Positions 47,625 to 56,732 of a stretch of 64,000 nt of DNA are shown here, in pieces. The position numbers were made by a program, and so were the translations under genes. Where the stretch lies: positions 5,407 to 69,406 of the IMG/VR virus record IMGVR_UViG_3300033153_007262; one strand, 5' to 3'. Below the pieces are notes generated by a model, which saw nothing but the letters and a program-made list of their open reading frames with translations, ran no database searches and was not told where the DNA came from. Numbering within the stretch: the stretch's first letter is position 1; each line of letters starts with the position of its first letter. Source of the stretch: a virus.

Positions 47625-48074
47625 ATGGAATTTATGTACAACGATGGAGGACGTGAGGACGCCGGGTATAAAGGTAGCGCCGGAGACTGCGTCGTCCGTG
47701 CCATCTCAATCGCAACCGGGAAGCCTTACCAAGAGGTGTACGACAAATTGAAAGACGCAAACCTCACGTTTGCATACACAAAAAGATGTCGTGTCGCCCG
47801 GAAGTTATTAAAGAGAGGCAGTACGCCGAGAAACGGGAATTACAAAAAAGTGTATCGGAAGTATTTAGAGGCGCTTGGATGGAAGTGGACACCGACGATG
47901 TTCATCGGTAGCGGGTGCAAAGTCCACCTCAAAAAAGACGAGTTGCCCGGCGGTAAACTTATTGTAAATGTTTCAAAGCATATAACTGCGGTTGTCGACG
48001 GAGTTATCAATGACACATTTGACTGCTCGAGGGACGAGACAAGATGTGTGTACGGATATTACATCAAAAACTAA
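47625..48074 (+). CDS. conserved phage protein, possible papain-like (Cys-His-Asp) fold
   Basis: AGGAGGT RBS; GDCVVRAI...KHITAVVDG...DTFD. Confidence 0.7.
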   Translation: MEFMYNDGGREDAGYKGSAGDCVVRAISIATGKPYQEVYDKLKDANLTFAYTKRCRVARKLLKRGSTPRNGNYKKVYRKYLEALGWKWTPTMFIGSGCKVHLKKDELPGGKLIVNVSKHITAVVDGVINDTFDCSRDETRCVYGYYIKN

Positions 48075-48120
48075 AGAGAACCCCGGCGAGGGTTTCCTCG
48101 CCCCAAACAAGGAGGGCAAG

Positions 48121-48522
48121 TTGAAGATTGTAAAATTCATTGTGCCGGAGAATTTGAAAGCCGGTGAGATTTACCCCGACCATAAAGTAATCGCTTATGG
48201 TGAAGTTGCGGGTGACAGCGGACAAGTTTACGACGTCGGGCGGTACGCCGACCTCGAATACTTCTGTTCGTGCAAGGGCCGGTTATTCAACCGGCAAAGC
48301 GAATGCAAACACATTCGGTTGTTCAAAGAACGGGAAGCCGACGAGATTATTGCGGAGGACGACCCGACCGAGACCCCCGGCGCCGAGTTTTGGAAGTCGG
48401 AATGGTGTGACTGTAACAAAGAGGACGCCCCGGTATTTTTTGACGACGGGGAGTGTTCTTGCGGAACGGTGAAGCATCATTATCATTGTAAATTCTGCGG
48501 TAAGATTACACAGATTGGATAA
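48121..48522 (+). CDS. SWIM zinc-finger protein (TTG start 48121)
   Basis: AAGGAGG RBS; CSC...CKH SWIM motif plus C-terminal Cys/His cluster. Confidence 0.7.
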   Translation: MKIVKFIVPENLKAGEIYPDHKVIAYGEVAGDSGQVYDVGRYADLEYFCSCKGRLFNRQSECKHIRLFKEREADEIIAEDDPTETPGAEFWKSEWCDCNKEDAPVFFDDGECSCGTVKHHYHCKFCGKITQIG

Positions 48523-48581
48523 TACAAACAACCCGGGGCGTGGGTATAAACGCTCACGCCTCCAAACAGGAGGAGAAGAAA

Positions 48582-49559
48582 ATGGCACACGCAGTTAACG
48601 AAGGGAAGCGAATGTTTTATGTTGGCGAGGTACCGTGGCACGGATTAGGCACGGCCCTCGACAAGCCGGCTACGTCGGTCGAGGCAATTGCATCGGCGCA
48701 GTTGGATTATCCCATCGAGTTAAAAGAAATACAGACCGTCGATGGCAGAATGATTGACGGGAAGCGGGCAACGGTGAGAGGCGATACAAAAGTCCCCCTC
48801 GGTGTTGTCGGTGACGGATATCGTGTTGTCCAGAACGTCGAAGCATTTAGTTTCTTCGACGAGGTGGTCGGCGAAGGTCAAGCCATCTATCATACCGCCG
48901 GGGCTTTAGGAGCCGGGGAACGAATTTGGATACTTGCGAAGTTGCCGGGCGAGTTAATTATAGGGAAGGAAGACAAGGTTGATGAATATCTTTGTCTTAC
49001 TAATTCCCACGACGGCAGAAGTTCGTTAAAAATGTATTTCACGCCAATCCGAGTTGTTTGTCAGAACACGTTGTCGATGTCAATGAAGGACGCTAAAGAC
49101 GGCGTTTCGATTCGACACTCCGGCAACATTAAAACTAAAGTTGAAAAGGCGCAGGAAACTTTACGCCTTGCGACAAAGTTTTATCAGGAGTTCGGCGAGG
49201 TAGCAAAGCAGTTAGGAAACACAAAGTTAAAAAAGGAACAGGTCGAGGGATATTTTACCGCCCTGTTGTTCAAAGGAGACAAGGAAAAAGAAAAAACGTC
49301 TGTGCAACTTAAACGTCAGAGAAATGAATTGTTGGCGCTGTGGGAACACGGCAAGGGCAACGATATCAAAGACATTAAGCACAGCGCTTGGACGGCCTAC
49401 AATTCCGTAACGGAATATGTTGACCATCACAAAACGTTCAAAGGCATTCAGAAAGACCCGTCGACCAGATTAAAAAATATCTGGTTCGGCACCGGGGCGA
49501 TTACGAAAGGCCGGGCGTTTGATGGCATTTTAGAAACAGCCGGTATCAAGGTAGGATAA
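48582..49559 (+). CDS. DUF932 family phage/plasmid protein
   Basis: AGGAGG RBS; PWHGLG, Y.VVQN.EAF.F, TAGAL..G, NSHDG, PIRVVCQNT motifs. Confidence 0.85.
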   Translation: MAHAVNEGKRMFYVGEVPWHGLGTALDKPATSVEAIASAQLDYPIELKEIQTVDGRMIDGKRATVRGDTKVPLGVVGDGYRVVQNVEAFSFFDEVVGEGQAIYHTAGALGAGERIWILAKLPGELIIGKEDKVDEYLCLTNSHDGRSSLKMYFTPIRVVCQNTLSMSMKDAKDGVSIRHSGNIKTKVEKAQETLRLATKFYQEFGEVAKQLGNTKLKKEQVEGYFTALLFKGDKEKEKTSVQLKRQRNELLALWEHGKGNDIKDIKHSAWTAYNSVTEYVDHHKTFKGIQKDPSTRLKNIWFGTGAITKGRAFDGILETAGIKVG

Positions 49560-49628
49560 TTACCAGACGGCCCGGGAGGGTGGCTCGCTACGGCGGGTTG
49601 CCCTCCCTTAAAGAAGGGAGTACGCCTT

Positions 49629-49868
49629 ATGGGAAAGAGCAAAGCAGAAACATTATTGAAATGGATACTGTGGCATTACCCGAACGGATATTTTAGGACA
49701 TCCGTCCGGGGTGTCCCGTGCCTCGTCGTTAAAAAAGGCAACACCGAGTTGGGCGTTGCATATTTTGGCAAGTCGGATTCGTTCAGAATGTTTGCCAATG
49801 ACGTCGGCGAGAAGTGGGATATTAAAACAAAAGAAGAGGTTATCGAATACCTGAAGGGAGGTGATTAA
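49629..49868 (+). CDS. hypothetical protein
   Basis: AGGGAG RBS. Confidence 0.7.
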   Translation: MGKSKAETLLKWILWHYPNGYFRTSVRGVPCLVVKKGNTELGVAYFGKSDSFRMFANDVGEKWDIKTKEEVIEYLKGGD

Positions 49869-50355
49869 TTTGAACCTCAAACAATTAAAAAGATTGTCAA
49901 AGGTCGCTAAGAAAAACTCGGCAGAGGTTTTGCAGTATGTTGTTATAACCCCCGAGCATTTAATTGTGACCGACGGCAAAGTGTTATTCAAAGAGAAGCA
50001 TTACAGCCGTAACCCGCCGGCGGAGACGTGTTATATCAAGCACGATGCGGTGGCTTCATTAAAAGGAACGATGTTTATAATCCGGGACGGCATTGGCTCG
50101 ACGGACAAAGGTACGATTGAGGTAAAAATGAAAACCGACGTTCAGTACCCGAATTGTGAAAATCTGCTAAAGACAGTGAGGAAGGGCGAGAGGCTCCACC
50201 GGGTTAAACTATACGGGGAGGTATTAAAAACGCTCGCCGATTCATTGGACAAGGAAGCAAAATATGAATTTCAATTCCCAAAAGACCCCGGGCAACCGAT
50301 TATTATTACCGGGCCGGTTGGCGTTGAGATTTTACTTTGCCCCCTGTATAAATAA
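49861..50355 (+). CDS. truncated beta-sliding-clamp-like protein
   Basis: VTDGKVL, YPNCENLL, PIII, ILLCP resemble DnaN domain II/III motifs (ATDGHRL, YP.Y..VI, LMP). Confidence 0.5.
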   Translation: MINLNLKQLKRLSKVAKKNSAEVLQYVVITPEHLIVTDGKVLFKEKHYSRNPPAETCYIKHDAVASLKGTMFIIRDGIGSTDKGTIEVKMKTDVQYPNCENLLKTVRKGERLHRVKLYGEVLKTLADSLDKEAKYEFQFPKDPGQPIIITGPVGVEILLCPLYK

Positions 50356-50369
50356 AAGAAAGGAAGCGA

Positions 50370-50615
50370 ATGCCAAGAAAAGATGTAGGAGACACAGACG
50401 CAATCCGGGTTTACCTCGGTAAGAAAGCGGGGGCTTGGACGATTGAGCCACCGAGAATTGTTGTAAAAGAATGGGCAGAGATGCGAGGCGTGAACACGTC
50501 GGGGACGGGAAGATGGAATATCAAACAGACGCACGATATTCTAATCGTCGCCCAATCGATTAAGGAAATAACAAAATTAATCAAGGCGTATCGGCGCAAG
50601 AATCAAATCCTCTGA
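50370..50615 (+). CDS. hypothetical protein
   Basis: AAGGA RBS; TGA stop inside the HH10 core. Confidence 0.7.
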   Translation: MPRKDVGDTDAIRVYLGKKAGAWTIEPPRIVVKEWAEMRGVNTSGTGRWNIKQTHDILIVAQSIKEITKLIKAYRRKNQIL

Positions 50616-50674
50616 TGAGACCGTGAGAGCCGGTCGAAACGCCCCGGGTGATTACCCGACCGGGGCGTCAGGAT
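50607..50674 (+). ncRNA. hammerhead ribozyme HH10, type I (cut after 50669, GUC)
   Basis: ATCCT-CTGATGA-GACCG/CGGTC-GAAA-CGCCCCG../..CGGGGCG-TC-AGGAT; compensatory change in stem I. Confidence 0.92.
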
Positions 50675-50699
50675 AACCATAACAAAGGAGGTGAGATAA

Positions 50700-50960
50700 A
50701 TGAAAAGAGCAGTCGCAGAAATAATTGTTGACCTCTTACAAGACGCCGGACACGACGCCAAGATTTACGAAGGGTATAGTGGCCGGGGGATGTTTGGGGT
50801 GGAGACGACCGGCATTGATACGTCGGCAACTTCCGAGTATGTTGCCGGGCTTGTTGCCGGCAAGAAAGACAAAGAAGAGTTTGACGAAAAAGAACGGGCG
50901 TTGTTGAACGCCGTTGTTATACGAGGAGATAATTTAGGGTTGGGCTACATCGTATATTAA
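50700..50960 (+). CDS. hypothetical early protein
   Basis: AGGAGGT RBS; YSGRGMFG...DNLGLGYIVY common phage small-protein motif. Confidence 0.8.
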   Translation: MKRAVAEIIVDLLQDAGHDAKIYEGYSGRGMFGVETTGIDTSATSEYVAGLVAGKKDKEEFDEKERALLNAVVIRGDNLGLGYIVY

Positions 50961-50977
50961 AAAAGGGAGGAGTTGGA

Positions 50978-51166
50978 ATGACACAGATGAGAAGGACAAT
51001 CGAATCGCATATGCGAATGAAATTCCACGATGACCACGGCCTCGATGCAAATATATCCGCAAAAGAAATCCGGCGAATATACATCGAGGGGATGGAAAGG
51101 TTCCTCGCATTTGTTAATGAGGAATTCAAGAAGTTGATAGTGAAGAATAAAAAGGAGGACATATGA
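50978..51166 (+). CDS. hypothetical protein
   Basis: GGAGG RBS. Confidence 0.65.
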   Translation: MTQMRRTIESHMRMKFHDDHGLDANISAKEIRRIYIEGMERFLAFVNEEFKKLIVKNKKEDI

Positions 51167-51921
51167 GCAAACTCAGGTTCAACGACGGCGAGGAGTTTGA
51201 CACCGCCGGGGAGTTAAGGAAAGAAAGAAGAGCCGATGGCTGGTATGTCATCGGCAAGGGAATGCTAATCCCGTTAGAGACCGAGGTCTTGTGCGATAAA
51301 TATCTCGCTAAGGCCCGGGCGGAAGCAAATCGAAAAGAAGAAGAACGGGATTGGGACATCAAGCACGGGTACAACCCCGAGTGTCCTAAATGCCAATTGC
51401 ATCACGACCCAAACAAGAAAGAAGAATGCGGGAAGTTACCGCACGAGCAGATGCAAGAAGCCGAACCGCTAAAAATGTATGTTTTGCGCCGGGATGGTTC
51501 GCCGGTGATAGAGGTCGGCAGTAATAAACACCGGCCTTTTACGAAAGAGGGCCTTGACCGGGCTTTGGATGTTGTAAACGAATTCGCAGTTGAGTTGCGG
51601 AAGGATTGGGACAGCAAAGATTGGTTCCCTTGCGGATTTGTGAATCTAAAGATACCGATTGGCAGTACCCTCGACGTGTTCCTCAAAAAGAATAATGACA
51701 AGCCGGACGGCCCGGAGGGAAGTTTTGCATATCGAAACTTGTCCTCTACCCGAGGCTACGCCGACCCGGAGCAACGCCTCATATATTTGAGGATTCCGAA
51801 CGTCGACAAAGACGCCCTCGCTTCACAATGTATGAAATACAAACAGAGAGTTTACGAACAATTTCAAATCCTCTTGGCCCTTTTGTCGGTCACGTCCGGG
51901 CTTGAAACAGTAATTGATTAA
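51163..51921 (+). CDS. hypothetical protein
   Basis: AGGAGG RBS; CPKC..H..C cluster; PCGF motif. Confidence 0.7.
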   Translation: MSKLRFNDGEEFDTAGELRKERRADGWYVIGKGMLIPLETEVLCDKYLAKARAEANRKEEERDWDIKHGYNPECPKCQLHHDPNKKEECGKLPHEQMQEAEPLKMYVLRRDGSPVIEVGSNKHRPFTKEGLDRALDVVNEFAVELRKDWDSKDWFPCGFVNLKIPIGSTLDVFLKKNNDKPDGPEGSFAYRNLSSTRGYADPEQRLIYLRIPNVDKDALASQCMKYKQRVYEQFQILLALLSVTSGLETVID

Positions 51922-51931
51922 GGAGAAGCAA

Positions 51932-52267
51932 ATGAAAAAAGTTGTAATTGAAGGTTGGAGAACGGACAGGGGATGCTCGTTGACGGTTGACGGGCAACCC
52001 CTCGTAATGAAAATCGCATTGCATTCCCCGACGGGATTCGAGTGGGGCTACGGCGGTAGCGGGCCGGCGGAAACGTCGTTCTATATTTTGACCGCCGTTG
52101 CCGTGGCCCGGGATTGGAAAGACCTCTGCGTCCCCATATGGTTGTATCAGCAATTCAAATGGGACTTCGTCGCAAAGTGGGAAGGGAATCATATCAAAGA
52201 ATTTATTGATATCGATGCGTGGTTCAAGAAACAAAAATGGGATGGGAAGGTAGGTGAAATGAAATGA
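51932..52267 (+). CDS. DUF6166-like protein
   Basis: AAGGAG RBS; HSPTGFEWGYGGSGPA...YQQFKWDFVA. Confidence 0.75.
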   Translation: MKKVVIEGWRTDRGCSLTVDGQPLVMKIALHSPTGFEWGYGGSGPAETSFYILTAVAVARDWKDLCVPIWLYQQFKWDFVAKWEGNHIKEFIDIDAWFKKQKWDGKVGEMK

Positions 52268-52500
52268 AAAACAAGAAGGGATATCGAACCTCCGCACGCC
52301 TCCGGCACACGTTGGACATTGCCGGCGCCTGTGGATTCGGTTATAACAGCGAGAAGTACCCCAACGGAGGGTTCCTCGACGTGTTTCAATTAGAGTTAGT
52401 TATAATTAAACTTCGGCAACTTGAAATGCAAGTCGCCGGTCTTACCAAAAAAGAAGCAAAAGAAATTGAGGGTGGAGGATTTGATTCTACAATACATTGA
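52264..52500 (+). CDS. hypothetical protein
   Basis: ATGA coupling to upstream gene. Confidence 0.6.
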   Translation: MKNKKGYRTSARLRHTLDIAGACGFGYNSEKYPNGGFLDVFQLELVIIKLRQLEMQVAGLTKKEAKEIEGGGFDSTIH

Positions 52501-52533
52501 ACAGCAGAAGGGACTTTCGCCAAGACAAAATTA

Positions 52534-52567
52534 GCGCCCCGGGATATCCTCCCGGGGTGTTTTTTTT
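52534..52567 (+). terminator. intrinsic terminator ending the early operon
   Basis: GCGCCCCGGG/CCCGGGGTGT stem followed by long T tract. Confidence 0.85.
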
Positions 52568-52582
52568 CTTTCTTAAAATCTG

Positions 52583-52611
52583 TTGACATAAAATTTCACT
52601 TATATTATAAT
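52583..52611 (+). promoter_or_regulatory. consensus sigma70 promoter
   Basis: TTGACA-17 nt-TATAAT. Confidence 0.9.
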
Positions 52612-52639
52612 CTATTATAATTGAGAGAGGAGGTTTGTC

Positions 52640-52834
52640 GTGCAAAAATGCGTTTATATTCCAGAGACTCCCGTGAACAGAAAAGTCCTTGACCGAGTCA
52701 AAAAGTTAGAGCAAGATTACTCTGTCAGTTTTTCAGAAGTGGTTGTGCAAGCGTTAAAGGATTTAGTCGCCGTACCCCGGCCAAAGAAGACAAAGGGAGA
52801 TTTCAGAAGTGCTAAACTTGGATTGTTGCGGTAA
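52640..52834 (+). CDS. small ribbon-helix-helix-like DNA-binding protein
   Basis: AGGAGG RBS; VYIP strand followed by helices ending SFSEVVVQAL. Confidence 0.5.
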   Translation: MQKCVYIPETPVNRKVLDRVKKLEQDYSVSFSEVVVQALKDLVAVPRPKKTKGDFRSAKLGLLR

Positions 52835-54491
52835 TCAAAGAGATATATTTGTCGTAGATTTTTGGGGAAATGAATTCCGGGCGTATGTCAGCGCCGTGAA
52901 GTCTTTACCGTCGAGTACATACAAGCCGGCGTTAAAGAAATGGCACGTCAAACTTTATGATTATTCATTGTTGATGAAGGAGTTGGACGCCCGGAAATTA
53001 AACCATATCGTCCATTCTGAAAGTTTTGCATCCCTCATAAAATTATATCAAGATTGGGAAACCCGGACGAAGGATTTACTTGCCCTTGAGGACACGTCTG
53101 TCCCGAATATCGAAGCCCTATTAAAACACCCGCTTATGAAACATCAACGGGTGGCGTGTAAGGTTTTGAACGAATTAAAAATATTATTACTCGCCGACCA
53201 AATGGGCGTCGGCAAAACCCTCCCGGCCATAGCCACGGCTCAATTATTAAAAACACAAGACGAAATAAAATCGTGTCTAATTATCTGCACGGCGTCCACG
53301 AAGGGGAATTGGACGAAGGAGATGGACAAGTTTTTGAAGGAATCCGAGTGGGCGATTATCGAAGGGACGCAGTCTGCCCGGGGCGAGGTGTATTCTTGCG
53401 ACGCATTTTTCAAGGTCGTCAATTACGAATTGTTGCGCCGGGATATCTTATTGTTTGAGGACAGTATGACGTACGACTTAATCATTGCGGACGAGGTTCA
53501 TCGGATTAGAAACCACACCGCCCTACAGTCAAAGGCTGTGGCGAAGTTGGGGCGCAAGGCAAAGTACCGATGGGGGTTAACCGGCACGCCGGTACATAAT
53601 AAAATCGAAGATTTATTTGCCGTGATGAAATTTATTCAGCCGACGATGTTTGGCAATTGGTATCATTTCGACAAGCGTTATATTGAGCGAGGGTTCTTTG
53701 GCGAGGTCACCGGCTATAAAAACCGGGACGAGATTAGGGACAAATTAAAACTGATTATGTTGCGCCGGCGGAAAGAGGACGTCCTCGGGGAGTTACCGCC
53801 GAAGGTCTATAACAATGTTTACGTTGAATTAACTAAGGCGCAGAGGAAATTTTATCAGCACATCGTTGACCAGAACATAAAATTAAATTTCAATAAAGAG
53901 GCGGAGGAAAAGATTAACGAAGCAAATCCCCTCGCCAAGACAACGTACGCCCGGGAGTGTTGCGACAGCACGGAGTTGATTGACCAGACGGGCCGGGAGT
54001 CGGCAAAATTAAAGGCGATGCACGAAGTCGTTGATGAATTTATCGGTGACGGGCGCAAGGTCGTCATATTCACGCAGTTTTCAAAGATGGGCGCAATCAT
54101 CCAACGGGAGTTAAAACACCCGTCCGTCTTTCTGCACGGCGGGGTATCCACGCAGAATAACGTACGTCAAGAATTAATTGAAAAATTTACGAATGACCCG
54201 GCGCTCCCGATACTTATAACAACGACTGCCGGGGGAGAAGGAATCAATTTACAATGTGCCGAGGCGATAATATTTTTTGACTTGCCGTTCAATCCGCAAA
54301 TCATCGCCCAAGTTGAAGACCGGCTCCACCGCAAAGGACAAACCGGGACGGTCAACGTCGTCCGGCTGATTGCAACCGATACTGTGGAGGAACGGGTGTT
54401 GGAAATTCTCGAAGCCAAACAGGATTTATTCGACGCCCTCATAGAAAACGATATGGTTCTGTCCACGAAGCAGATACTCAAATTACTCTAA
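52809..54491 (+). CDS. SNF2-family helicase/ATPase
   Basis: LADQMGVGKT, DEVH, LTGTP, GGEGINLQ, QVEDRLHRKGQ. Confidence 0.9.
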   Translation: MLNLDCCGNQRDIFVVDFWGNEFRAYVSAVKSLPSSTYKPALKKWHVKLYDYSLLMKELDARKLNHIVHSESFASLIKLYQDWETRTKDLLALEDTSVPNIEALLKHPLMKHQRVACKVLNELKILLLADQMGVGKTLPAIATAQLLKTQDEIKSCLIICTASTKGNWTKEMDKFLKESEWAIIEGTQSARGEVYSCDAFFKVVNYELLRRDILLFEDSMTYDLIIADEVHRIRNHTALQSKAVAKLGRKAKYRWGLTGTPVHNKIEDLFAVMKFIQPTMFGNWYHFDKRYIERGFFGEVTGYKNRDEIRDKLKLIMLRRRKEDVLGELPPKVYNNVYVELTKAQRKFYQHIVDQNIKLNFNKEAEEKINEANPLAKTTYARECCDSTELIDQTGRESAKLKAMHEVVDEFIGDGRKVVIFTQFSKMGAIIQRELKHPSVFLHGGVSTQNNVRQELIEKFTNDPALPILITTTAGGEGINLQCAEAIIFFDLPFNPQIIAQVEDRLHRKGQTGTVNVVRLIATDTVEERVLEILEAKQDLFDALIENDMVLSTKQILKLL

Positions 54492-54808
54492 GGATGGAAT
54501 TTTCCATATTGCGTATATTGTGCTTTAGCACAATAACGCAGAAATGGTTTTTCTTTTATTAACACATTATTTAGATTACTTGCGACAGAAGGACATAAGT
54601 CCTTAACGGCTAACGTGCGATAATACAGTAATGAATAATAAATAATATTATTAATGTATAAGAAAAGCCGTAAACATAATAAGAACCGTAAATAAACGCA
54701 GTACGGAAAATAATAAATTGAATATATGAATAAAAAAATATGACTACACAAAACGGGGCCGGTGGATTATAATGCCGGCTCAAACTAGAAAATAGTTCAA
54801 AGGGACGA

Positions 54809-55288
54809 ATGGAATATAAGTGCAAAAAAACAAGGACGCCCTACACGGATAAAGATTGCCCGGCGTGGGACACGACAGACTTCGTGCATTATTATAAAGA
54901 CACCTACCAAAGAATATTCAAAACAAAGACGCACAAACCCACCGGCTTGATACTCGCCCACATAAACGCCAAGAGTATCAATTTTTTATATAATCAAATC
55001 AAATCAGACGAACCGTCCACCGACAAAAATGAATTGTACCGGGCATTTATCGATTGGGTGTTTGCCAAGAAGCGGACGAGGGGCGACGGGTTAATCCGGG
55101 TATGGTTTCTGAGCAATAAAGAAATTATGACGGACTATCTTGACATCCGGGCAAAGGATACCGTTGAGGCGCAGTTAGGCTCGGACGAAGCATTTGAAAA
55201 ACAAGAACAAGAACGCCGTGAAAAGACACGGCTCTATTTTGAAAACAGAAAGGACACCGGCGATGACGCAAGGCAAGAAGATTTTTAA
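54809..55288 (+). CDS. hypothetical protein (replication region)
   Basis: AAGGGA RBS; 159-aa ORF. Confidence 0.65.
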   Translation: MEYKCKKTRTPYTDKDCPAWDTTDFVHYYKDTYQRIFKTKTHKPTGLILAHINAKSINFLYNQIKSDEPSTDKNELYRAFIDWVFAKKRTRGDGLIRVWFLSNKEIMTDYLDIRAKDTVEAQLGSDEAFEKQEQERREKTRLYFENRKDTGDDARQEDF

Positions 55289-55517
55289 GACTTTCCCGAT
55301 TAAACTTTGGGTGGACAAAAAGACCAAAAAGGTTATAGCCCCATCGTTCCCACAGCAGTTAAAAGATTCAATCCCCATATTACATATCCTTGAAAAACAT
55401 ACGTTTTTGATGGCAGACCGTGAACAGGCGATGCCACCGTTCCAAGTTGCCGAGGACGTCGAGGAGGTTATCGCCGACCTTATCGTTTACGAAAACCCGA
55501 AAAAGAAAAAGAAGTAA
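55263..55517 (+). CDS. hypothetical protein
   Basis: ATG 55263 after AGGA; overlaps upstream gene end. Confidence 0.55.
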   Translation: MTQGKKIFKTFPIKLWVDKKTKKVIAPSFPQQLKDSIPILHILEKHTFLMADREQAMPPFQVAEDVEEVIADLIVYENPKKKKK

Positions 55518-55590
55518 CTGTACCCGCCCGGGAATATATTTTGCCGGCGGAGGATTCGTTTAAGTTAAATTAATCAAAGGAGCAAACTGA

Positions 55591-55767
55591 ATGGAAATAT
55601 TGAAAGACCTTACCGTCACGTGTAGGGACTGCAATACCGATTTCCTTTTGCCGGCGAAGGAGCAAGAGTATTTTCTGAAAAAGAAATGGAGTCAGCCGAA
55701 GCGATGCAAGGTATGTCGTAAAGTTAACCGGGACAGAAAAGCGGGCGAGGAGGTAGCCAAGAAATGA
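55591..55767 (+). CDS. zinc-ribbon protein (58 aa, not in ORF track)
   Basis: AAGGAG RBS; CRDC..DF....EQEYF......PKRCKVCR. Confidence 0.75.
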   Translation: MEILKDLTVTCRDCNTDFLLPAKEQEYFLKKKWSQPKRCKVCRKVNRDRKAGEEVAKK

Positions 55768-56603
55768 AATATGTAATTATCGGAAATGGGTACGTTGGCA
55801 ATTATCTTTTGTCGGCGTTGCCGAATGCTGTTCTCGTCACGGACAAGATATGGAGCCGGGAGCAGATTTGTAAATTAATGTTGGACACGCATCCGAGCAG
55901 TGTTTTGATAAATTGCGCCGGGAAGATTGGCAAACCGAACGTCGATTGGTGTGAAGACCATAAGGACGTCGTGTTTGGGGCCAACGTCGGCTTGCCGGTT
56001 ATGATTGCGGAGGCGTGCAAGGAAATCAAACAGCCGTGGATTCACATCGGTAGCGGGTGTATTTATGACGGCTACGATAAATGGTGGGCAGAGGATGACG
56101 CTCCAAACTTTTACGGAAGTTTTTATTCCAAGACGAAAGCGTGGAGTCAAACAATCTTGTCGCAGTACGATGAGGTTTGTATTTTGCGAATCCGAATGCC
56201 AATCGATGAAGACTTGTCGGACAGAAGTTATGTCGGCAAAGTAATTAAATATGCTAAGGCCGGATGTTCGATTTTATCGGCGCCGAATTCTGTCACATAT
56301 CTTTCTGACCTTGCGATGGCGATTATCGGGTTGGCGGAGAAGGGGCAGACCGGGACGTTTAACGTTGTCAGCCCGGGCGCATTAACATCAAAAAATGTTT
56401 TGACCCTTTGGGAGAATAATATCGAGCCGGGCATTGACCCGCAGTTTGAAGCGACCGAACAAGTTTTGGCAACGCTAAAAGCCGGACGCTCAAATTGTAT
56501 TCTTTCAACGGTAAAATTAGCCGGCGAGGGAATCGTGTTTGAAGATGCGTTCCGAAAGTTGGACGGACTTGTCAAGGCAAAGAAGCAAAAGGCAGAAGTT
56601 TAG
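55764..56603 (+). CDS. NDP-sugar epimerase/reductase (RmlD or NRS/ER-like SDR)
   Basis: IIGNGYVG, INCAG..G.PNVDWCE, SGCIY, PNF.GSFYSKTK (YxxxK), LRIRMPI. Confidence 0.85.
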   Translation: MKYVIIGNGYVGNYLLSALPNAVLVTDKIWSREQICKLMLDTHPSSVLINCAGKIGKPNVDWCEDHKDVVFGANVGLPVMIAEACKEIKQPWIHIGSGCIYDGYDKWWAEDDAPNFYGSFYSKTKAWSQTILSQYDEVCILRIRMPIDEDLSDRSYVGKVIKYAKAGCSILSAPNSVTYLSDLAMAIIGLAEKGQTGTFNVVSPGALTSKNVLTLWENNIEPGIDPQFEATEQVLATLKAGRSNCILSTVKLAGEGIVFEDAFRKLDGLVKAKKQKAEV

Positions 56604-56732
56604 ACTGTTATTTTTGGGGCGTGTGAGGATATTCGCCGATGCAGATTTCCCGTTTGTGAGGTGGATACCACGCCCTAAAATCACAGTTCCTCGACGACAA
56701 AAAAATGAGTTGATTAATTTTCCCTGAGAGTT

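Noticed and set aside
43956-50674. Intergenic repeats as a CRISPR array, integron attC sites or terminators
   Set aside because: The spacers are whole genes, no cas or integrase is visible, and there are no U tracts. The conserved residues match the hammerhead catalytic core with covarying stems.
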